Virus record (IMG/VR): IMGVR_UViG_3300025267_000059
Coordinates: 1-33,524 of that record
Reading direction: 5' to 3' (one strand)
Source: a virus
Lineage: Duplodnaviria; Caudoviricetes
Length of the DNA: 33,524 nt
A program made the position numbers and the translations under genes. Shown one piece after another: positions 28,218-33,524 of the stretch (positions within the stretch are counted from its first letter, which is position 1; every line of letters starts with the position of its first letter). The notes beneath the pieces are model-generated. The model was not told the DNA's origin. It searched no databases and saw only the letters and a program-made list of their open reading frames with translations.

Positions 28218-28739
28218 TTATTCCGGTAAATCCAGAAGCTTCAGCCTTTTTTCCCTTTCCTGCTCCGACTTCAGGCGGAGAACCCTGCTCAATCTTCGAC
28301 TGTAGGACAGGTATTCCGGGTGCTTGCTGGACATGCGAGGGGAAATTCCATCGGCCAGTAAGTTGCGACAGCGTTTATCTAGTTTCTCGCGAACCTCGTG
28401 CAGGCTGGTGACCCCAAAATGTTTAGCTTTCAGTAACTGCTCTCCGGTGTGCTTCGCCAGTTCCTCGACGGTCTTGATGTCCAACCTCTCCAGCCCCTTG
28501 CGGGCTCGCCGGGACAAATCGAGAAGTTCAATCGACACTCCCGATTCAGGTTGACCGCCCATCACCTCCCTGGCACTCCCCTCGTCCAAGAGGCAATAGT
28601 CAATCATCTGGATCAGAACATCCGTGATCGTCACCCGGTGTTCCTCCGCCAGTTCCTTCAGGCGATTGTGGTGGGTCTGCGGAATCCGGTAACTCGCCAC
28701 CACCAAGGGATTGTTCTCCTTCATCTGAAATCTCGGCAT
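28218..28739 (-). CDS. RHH-like domain fused to RNA polymerase alpha C-terminal domain
   Basis: N-terminal VVASYRIPQTHHNRLKELAEEHRVTITDVL (RHH pattern). SIELLDLSRRARKGLERLDIKTVEEL...LLKAKHFGVTSLHEVREKL (alphaCTD HhH). AAGGAG RBS. Confidence 0.8.
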   Translation of the reverse strand: MPRFQMKENNPLVVASYRIPQTHHNRLKELAEEHRVTITDVLIQMIDYCLLDEGSAREVMGGQPESGVSIELLDLSRRARKGLERLDIKTVEELAKHTGEQLLKAKHFGVTSLHEVREKLDKRCRNLLADGISPRMSSKHPEYLSYSRRLSRVLRLKSEQEREKRLKLLDLPE

Positions 28740-29175
28740 CTGTGTCCTTCTCCTTGATTCTTTGTATGACGTAATCTCGACGCTTGAGACGGCCTAGCTC
28801 GTGTTGATAATACTCCAGCAGGCACTGCAATGGGCTCAGGTTGGGCCTGCGGGAATACTTCGGCATCCCGTGCGACCTCATCTTCATGTAAGTGGGGAGC
28901 TTCTCGTCCGCGAAAAACTCGTCCTCGCCGGGCTGGACAATACGGACCTTGATCCACTTACCGGAGTAGCACTCAATGAATCCATCGGCATTCTGGACCA
29001 CTACCACGCTCATCCGCTGGGGGTCGCGGGCAGATGGCTCGGAAACAGGCGGGTCTGGGAGATCGCAGCCCTGGTGATGGATGGCGGTCTCTTTTAACGA
29101 GCGGATAAGACTCTGGTAGTTGCCGTAGTTCTCCGGCTTAATTGCCTCAAGAGCTTTTCGGGTAAGTACGGGCAT
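28600..29175 (-). CDS. hypothetical protein
   Basis: 191-aa ORF with GAGGG RBS. The 3' end overlaps the next gene by 140 nt. Confidence 0.5.
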   Translation of the reverse strand: MPVLTRKALEAIKPENYGNYQSLIRSLKETAIHHQGCDLPDPPVSEPSARDPQRMSVVVVQNADGFIECYSGKWIKVRIVQPGEDEFFADEKLPTYMKMRSHGMPKYSRRPNLSPLQCLLEYYQHELGRLKRRDYVIQRIKEKDTDAEISDEGEQSLGGGELPDSADPPQSPEGTGGGTPGDDHGCSDPDD

Positions 29176-29279
29176 ATCTCTAAGGCCCTCTCTATTTGTT
29201 GCTTTCTCTTTTCATTCCACTCCGAGTCCATTCGACGAAGTTCATCCAGTAATTCCCTCTGCTCTTGGCTTAGAGGCAT
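29094..29279 (-). CDS. hypothetical small helical protein
   Basis: MPLSQEQ start 2 nt after the thermonuclease stop. Confidence 0.4.
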   Translation of the reverse strand: MPLSQEQRELLDELRRMDSEWNEKRKQQIERALEICPYLPEKLLRQLSRRTTATTRVLSAR

Positions 29280-29281
29280 TG

Positions 29282-29629
29282 TTACTTCTCTCCATATTCT
29301 TTGGCCCAACCGCCTTTGACCAGTTGATCATTGAGGTTCACGACCACGCCTCCTTCAGTCACCCCCATGAGTATTGCCAGATAGCGGCCATACTTGCCGG
29401 AGATGTCCTTCAGAGTCTGTACGGTGATGGGCGAACATTGTTCGATCAATTTTTCCAGAGCGGCCTTGGACTCCAGTCCACGCAACTTCTCCGGCCCCCG
29501 TACCTCGGGGGTGTCGATCCCGTAGAGACGCAGCTTGAGACGAATGGAAACACTAAACCCGAGGTCGATGTCGGCCTCCACGGTGTCGCCATCAATAAGC
29601 CTAACGATGTCCGCTCGATAGCTATACAT
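29282..29629 (-). CDS. thermonuclease (SNase family)
   Basis: IDGDTV...RLYGIDTPE...KYGRYLA...N..LV..G.A motifs. Confidence 0.9.
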   Translation of the reverse strand: MYSYRADIVRLIDGDTVEADIDLGFSVSIRLKLRLYGIDTPEVRGPEKLRGLESKAALEKLIEQCSPITVQTLKDISGKYGRYLAILMGVTEGGVVVNLNDQLVKGGWAKEYGEK

Positions 29630-29634
29630 CTGGG

Positions 29635-29877
29635 TTAGTGCGTCGTTTCCAAGCTAATGCCACAGTGTTGTCCTACCAGGGTTACGGCACCAGGGATTTT
29701 GTCGGATAGTGCAGTGTTCATATCCTCCTGGGTCATTTCGGAACCCCTTAGCTCCTTGCACGCCTCAACAATCAACTCACAACGTATTGGAGGGTGAGAC
29801 CTAATGGTTACCTCGTAGTAATTCACCGTGCCATCAGAGGGGCAAATCCCATGAATCATTGTCCTGTAGGTATTCAT
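29635..29877 (-). CDS. miniature T-fold (QueF-like) protein
   Basis: N-terminal strand-CP-x-D-G...Y.VTI recalls the QueF catalytic Cys loop, plus a TQE motif. Coupled (TAATG) to the TGT-like gene. Confidence 0.5.
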   Translation of the reverse strand: MNTYRTMIHGICPSDGTVNYYEVTIRSHPPIRCELIVEACKELRGSEMTQEDMNTALSDKIPGAVTLVGQHCGISLETTH

Positions 29878-30545
29878 TACAAAAATAACTCCATCTGAGG
29901 GTTTTGACTAGTTGCTTCTTCTATCCAGCGGAAAAGTGCGCGAGGCCCCCTCTTGGGGCCGTCGCCATCTGCCAATCGCAGAACCGGCGATACCGAGTCA
30001 AGAGAATCCGCCCCCATCAGCCTCGCCTCGCGGACACGCTTGTAGGTGGAGGCCCGCCCATAGTGAAACGTCTTCCCGTGGCGATGGGCGAGGTCACACC
30101 ACTCCTTAGCCCGGAGCTTAAACGATCCAGTACCACCCAGGAACAGACCCGTGAAATGATCGATGTTCTCTTCAACCAATGACATAGATACGCCGTCCTG
30201 AACGGCAAGGTGCCAAGGGAACTCGTTGGGGAGTTGATGACGCCAAGATACGCTGAACGACAGACTACTGTTGCCCGCCATGGGAAGATCAGGAACGACG
30301 GCCACATCCGGCACTCGTGGCAATGCCTCCAACCGCCTTAAAAATATCTCTTCAGGGAAATCACGCCAATGCAGAGGGGTCATCTTATTCCAGGCAGTAT
30401 ATGCACCGCAATCAAAGCCAAGCGGCTCGGCATCACTGGCTTCAGGTAACTCAATGTAGGTACTCCACATTCGCCCCCAGCCGTACTGACGCAATAGTTG
30501 CCTCGCTGGCGACTTCCCTGTGAACTGTCCAAGATAGACTACCAC
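29877..30545 (-). CDS. TGT/DpdA-like transglycosylase-fold protein (deazapurine DNA modification candidate)
   Basis: Start revised to GTG 30545 (222 aa). FDCGAY, VVPD, AVQDG, LFLGG, H.GR and DSLDS motifs retain two candidate catalytic Asp residues. Confidence 0.65.
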   Translation of the reverse strand: MVVYLGQFTGKSPARQLLRQYGWGRMWSTYIELPEASDAEPLGFDCGAYTAWNKMTPLHWRDFPEEIFLRRLEALPRVPDVAVVPDLPMAGNSSLSFSVSWRHQLPNEFPWHLAVQDGVSMSLVEENIDHFTGLFLGGTGSFKLRAKEWCDLAHRHGKTFHYGRASTYKRVREARLMGADSLDSVSPVLRLADGDGPKRGPRALFRWIEEATSQNPQMELFL

Positions 30546-30742
30546 TGAATTGTTCGGGGGCCGCCGATGTCTGTCCCATACATAGCACGACGCATACGCA
30601 GCTTGTAATGGGCATTGTTTGCCCTCTTGGTCGGAATCCCCAGCCTCCTTGCTGCATCTGCGAGAGAAACTCCCGATTTCCATAAGCGGTCAATTTCCCT
30701 CAACTGATCATCCGTTATTAACTTTGGCCGCCCTGGGGGCAT
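30539..30742 (-). CDS. HTH DNA-binding protein
   Basis: MPPGRPKLITDDQ...G.S.ADAARRLGI pattern, AAGGAGG RBS. Confidence 0.75.
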   Translation of the reverse strand: MPPGRPKLITDDQLREIDRLWKSGVSLADAARRLGIPTKRANNAHYKLRMRRAMYGTDIGGPRTIQW

Positions 30743-31061
30743 TGGCACCCTCCTTCTTAATACATCCCTCCTCAAACACACATATGAAAACCGGAGTGTA
30801 TTCCCCCACCCAGGCCCCAATTACATTGAACTGGAAGTATTCTTCGGCTTCATCCCTGGTCATGTCCTTCATAAGGACGGAAATGCACTTTTCGTAATCG
30901 TAGGCGGCCACGGGCTCCTGGCCGAATCGATGGCAAACGCCGAGAAGTGCTTCATCGAAACCGTCAGCCACCAGGGCTTCAGGCGGTAGCTGGCCGAATA
31001 TTTGGGCGAGCCTTGCCTCCGTCTCCGCCTTCTCCATCATTGCCTTTTTCGTGGCACCCAT
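30708..31061 (-). CDS. conserved phage hypothetical protein
   Basis: Start revised to MGATKK (117 aa, GGGAG RBS). ADGFDEA...YD..K...EA.EYF.FN..GAWVGE.TPVF pattern is common in environmental phages. Confidence 0.7.
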   Translation of the reverse strand: MGATKKAMMEKAETEARLAQIFGQLPPEALVADGFDEALLGVCHRFGQEPVAAYDYEKCISVLMKDMTRDEAEEYFQFNVIGAWVGEYTPVFICVFEEGCIKKEGANAPRAAKVNNG

Positions 31062-31131
31062 GTGTTCTCCCTTGCTTTGGCACTGACTTACTAGACGCAC
31101 TATATTTATCCTTGGCATGAAACATGCGTAA

Positions 31132-31263
31132 TCACTTTTTCTTCTTAATCCTCCGTGCCTTATCGCGTTCTACTTTCGCGTCGATCTCCGACTTTGGCAC
31201 TTGGATAAGTTTTTTGCACAGAGCGTTAAAGGCTCGAAAGCCAGCGGGCTTTTTGGTCGTCAT
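31132..31263 (-). CDS. small basic IS-associated protein (43 aa)
   Basis: MTTKKPAGFRAFNALCKKLIQVPKSEIDAKVERDKARRIKKKK*, inside the element. Confidence 0.6.
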   Translation of the reverse strand: MTTKKPAGFRAFNALCKKLIQVPKSEIDAKVERDKARRIKKKK

Positions 31264-31835
31264 CCTTGCATCCTTGTTAGTTGATTCCCATGAATCCAGA
31301 ATCGCCCACGCTGCAAAACGCCATGAACGGCGGTCTTGTCCACCGCTCCGCGTCCCGTGATTCGCTTGGCTCGCTCGCCCTTGTGCATGTTGGCCGCTTT
31401 GCCACCGATGTACGTTGTGTCGGCTTCCGCTGGCCCGTCCATTTTGGCAAACGTCCCCGTTTCCATCGCCTTTCGGATTCGGTGCAACATGAACCAAGCG
31501 GTTTTCTGCGTCACGCCGATGGCACGCCCGAGTTCGTGGCTGCTGATTCCGTTCTTCGCGTTGGCGACACACCAGACCGCCACGAACCACTTGTCCAATC
31601 CGAGCGGGGAATCTTCAAAGATGGTATCGACCTTGTGGCTGAATTGCTTCTGGCACGCCTTGACGTTGCACTTCAGCTTACGGCGAGACTTCAGCACGCC
31701 GATGCGATCCGAGCCGCACTTGGGGCAAACGGGCTTGCCCTTCGGCCACTTGATCCGCTTCATATACTCGTCGCAGATGTCAAGGTCCGAGAAGTAACGG
31801 ACAGCGGCGAGCAGCGTTGTTGGAAGATCAGTCAT
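31260..31835 (-). pseudogene. truncated IS1595-family transposase
   Basis: WP.G.PVCPKCGS Zn ribbon, TIFEDS..L.KW, GISS.EL.R..GVTQKTAWFMLHRIR and EADTTYIGG are present. Similarity stops after VLQRG, so the rest of the DDE domain is missing. Confidence 0.9.
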
Positions 31836-32357
31836 TCAACGGGCCTTTGCGACATTATCGCCTGTCAAGGAATGGAGGAACGGACGCTCGCATTTTGTGC
31901 AAGTGTCCTCGGTGTTGTGAGCTTTAAACCTAGCCCGCAAGCTGGATCGGAGAAGGGTGTTTTCGCTCTCCAACAGTTCAGTATCTTCCGGCTTGCATCC
32001 CTTGGGGACGGGAAAGTACAACCATTCGTCGTCGCCTTTTTCAAGGTATCCCATCACGCAGTCAGACCAGTAGACAACCAGTCGTCCCTCAAAGCAGCAA
32101 CTATGATCGCGGTCGTTGTCTTTATTCAAAAACGCCATCATGTCGCTGATAAACGACATTTCTTTTTGCGTATGCTGAAATCTGGTTTCCTTGGATTCTT
32201 TCAGGAGTTCGCACTGAACCATCAAATCGCCGGTCACCTTCTCTGTGACATCATGCTCCGCTTTGACGCAATCCAAGCACCAACCGCTGGCGCTGTGTTG
32301 GCAGTTTTCCAAATGCGGCATCGTCATATTTGTACCATTCAAGCGGCGCTGCCCCAC
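31836..32357 (-). CDS. IS passenger protein, Cys-rich, unknown function
   Basis: 173-aa ORF inside the TIRs. Its stop abuts the transposase ATG. Confidence 0.55.
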   Translation of the reverse strand: MGQRRLNGTNMTMPHLENCQHSASGWCLDCVKAEHDVTEKVTGDLMVQCELLKESKETRFQHTQKEMSFISDMMAFLNKDNDRDHSCCFEGRLVVYWSDCVMGYLEKGDDEWLYFPVPKGCKPEDTELLESENTLLRSSLRARFKAHNTEDTCTKCERPFLHSLTGDNVAKAR

Positions 32358-32372
32358 GCCGCCCCCTTCACT

Positions 32373-32588
32373 TTAGAGTGCGTTGATTGCCGCGACCGTC
32401 TCTTGCAGTCCCCTTCGGAAGTTCGCGTCCGTCGCGTATTCCAAGATCAACCGAATTTTGTCGATGGCTTCGGTGGGTGCGTTTGCGTCAACCATATTCT
32501 GGATCATTCGTTCGCCTTCTTCCCTGATGCTTTCTACTGTTGCAAGTTTCATGGTTCTGCTTTCGTTAGTGGGTTGTGTTGTTGTCAT
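32373..32588 (-). CDS. IS passenger protein, small helical
   Basis: 71-aa ORF just inside the right TIR. Confidence 0.55.
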   Translation of the reverse strand: MTTTQPTNESRTMKLATVESIREEGERMIQNMVDANAPTEAIDKIRLILEYATDANFRRGLQETVAAINAL

Positions 32589-32594
32589 GCCCTC

Positions 32595-32622
32595 ATTATA
32601 TGGTTAATCGGTAGTGCGTCTA
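32595..32622 (-). promoter_or_regulatory. sigma70-type promoter at the IS end
   Basis: TAGACG-16 nt-TATAAT on the minus strand, with ATG 6 nt downstream. Confidence 0.6.
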
Positions 32623-32644
32623 GTAAGTCAGTGCCCTTGCTTTG

Positions 32645-33388
32645 TTACCAATCGACGCATGTATCGCACATTGGCTGCGGCTCGTCAGCAAAGAGTTTCA
32701 ATTGCGCCTCATCCGCCTTAATGATCGTTTCCCACGAGTAAGACCGGCCAAGCCCTTTGACTGTTTGCAGCCTCCCTCCCTCTTTGGCGATTTGTTCCAT
32801 TTCAATCGCCCGATCAAGGAGGTCAGGATGTTTGTCTCGAAGCTCGATAATTTCGCGTTTCTTCATTGCGGGGCAGAAGAAGCAGGCGCTTTTAACCGGA
32901 TGGTCAATTCCTGCCCTAGTCAATGCGGACAAACAGTCGTCCTGACTCCAGTCCCATTCAATTAACGGAAACTGGATATCTGGTCGCTGGTTTAGTACCC
33001 GCATCGCCCGGTTCTTTTCGCCAGCGTGAATGCCGACCAACCACATCGCGTCTTTGATTTTGTTTTCCCTGATCCATCGACGCTGTGGTCGCAGCTTGAA
33101 GTGTTCAGAACATGAGCCGAACCCGAATGCCTTGCCAGGCAGTGTCTCCCGGTCCAAACAGTCGTCCTCAAGTGTTTTAGGAGAGGTGACGGTTATTATC
33201 GGCGGCATATCGTGTTTTGCCAACCAACTGCCCATTTTCTCGATGTGCGAGTAAGTCTCGGGTTTCTCCCCCCCGGTATCAGCGAAAAGGATCGCATCCG
33301 GCTTTACCCCCCGTTCATGCATACCGACGAGCATAGCGGACGAGTTAACGCCGCCACCAAACGACACGATCAAAGTGGGCGAGTCCAT
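32645..33388 (-). CDS. PAPS-reductase-family (PP-loop) protein
   Basis: SFGGGVNS PP-loop, FADTG.E.PETY, CS..FK..P and KSACFFCP motifs. Probable start is 33388 or 33394. Confidence 0.85.
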   Translation of the reverse strand: MDSPTLIVSFGGGVNSSAMLVGMHERGVKPDAILFADTGGEKPETYSHIEKMGSWLAKHDMPPIITVTSPKTLEDDCLDRETLPGKAFGFGSCSEHFKLRPQRRWIRENKIKDAMWLVGIHAGEKNRAMRVLNQRPDIQFPLIEWDWSQDDCLSALTRAGIDHPVKSACFFCPAMKKREIIELRDKHPDLLDRAIEMEQIAKEGGRLQTVKGLGRSYSWETIIKADEAQLKLFADEPQPMCDTCVDW

Positions 33389-33524
33389 GCCCATGCTTCC
33401 TTGCTCTTTTCTTCCGTCTGCCTTCCAGCCACATCGCAGACAGTATGCCGAGTACGCCACCGGCCAAGTAGCAAACCAACACAAACCAGTGAGCCCCCTT
33501 CACGAGGGCATTAGCCAGTATATC
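33345..33524 (-). CDS. C-terminus (partial) of small membrane protein
   Basis: Open frame from the window edge: ...WFVLVCYLAGGVLGILSAMWLEGRRKKR...*. Confidence 0.45.
   Translation of the reverse strand, partial: DILANALVKGAHWFVLVCYLAGGVLGILSAMWLEGRRKKRARKHGHGLAHFDRVVWWRR

Larger units (their letters stand above)
31079..32635 (-). mobile_element. non-autonomous IS1595-family element with passenger genes (1,557 bp)
   Basis: Perfect 24-bp TIRs (GGCACTGACTTACTAGACGCACTA at 31079-31102 and its reverse complement at 32612-32635). 8-bp TSD CTTGCTTT at 31071-31078 and 32636-32643. Confidence 0.95.

Noticed and set aside
29094-29279. Programmed frameshift joining this ORF to 28600..29175
   Set aside because: No clear slippery site, and the downstream ORF has its own RBS and ATG
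30546-30683. N-terminal 46 codons of the 268-aa ORF
   Set aside because: Overlaps the HTH gene. The coupled GTG at 30545 is the better start.
31062-31118. N-terminal extension of ORF 30708..31118
   Set aside because: Runs through the IS TIR and TSD. The native RBS and ATG are at 31061.
31281-32741. 486-aa plus-strand ORF across the IS
   Set aside because: Antisense to the transposase and cargo genes, crosses the TIR boundary and has no motifs. Likely a shadow ORF.

Overview
This window is part of a tailed dsDNA (pro)phage genome with podovirus-like architecture. A long minus-strand late module (1-25.3 kb) runs, in transcription order: terminase small and large subunits, portal, scaffold, major capsid, small structural/holin-like/LamG genes, a tandemly duplicated head-tail adaptor, a nozzle-like tail protein, and several large low-complexity ejection-type proteins. 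A short plus-strand block (25.3-28.1 kb) encodes a Zn-ribbon protein, a beta-class DNA methyltransferase, a DUF3820-like protein and an SF2 helicase. The minus-strand accessory block (28.2-33.5 kb) encodes an RHH + RNA polymerase alpha-CTD fusion, a thermonuclease, a TGT/DpdA-fold protein coupled to a miniature QueF-like protein, and a PAPS-reductase-family enzyme. Together the last three are a candidate base-modification system. This block is interrupted by a 1,557-bp non-autonomous IS1595-family element (24-bp perfect TIRs, 8-bp TSD) with cargo genes. A Planctomycete-like host is inferred, not shown. All family calls come from motif recognition by eye, with no database searches.
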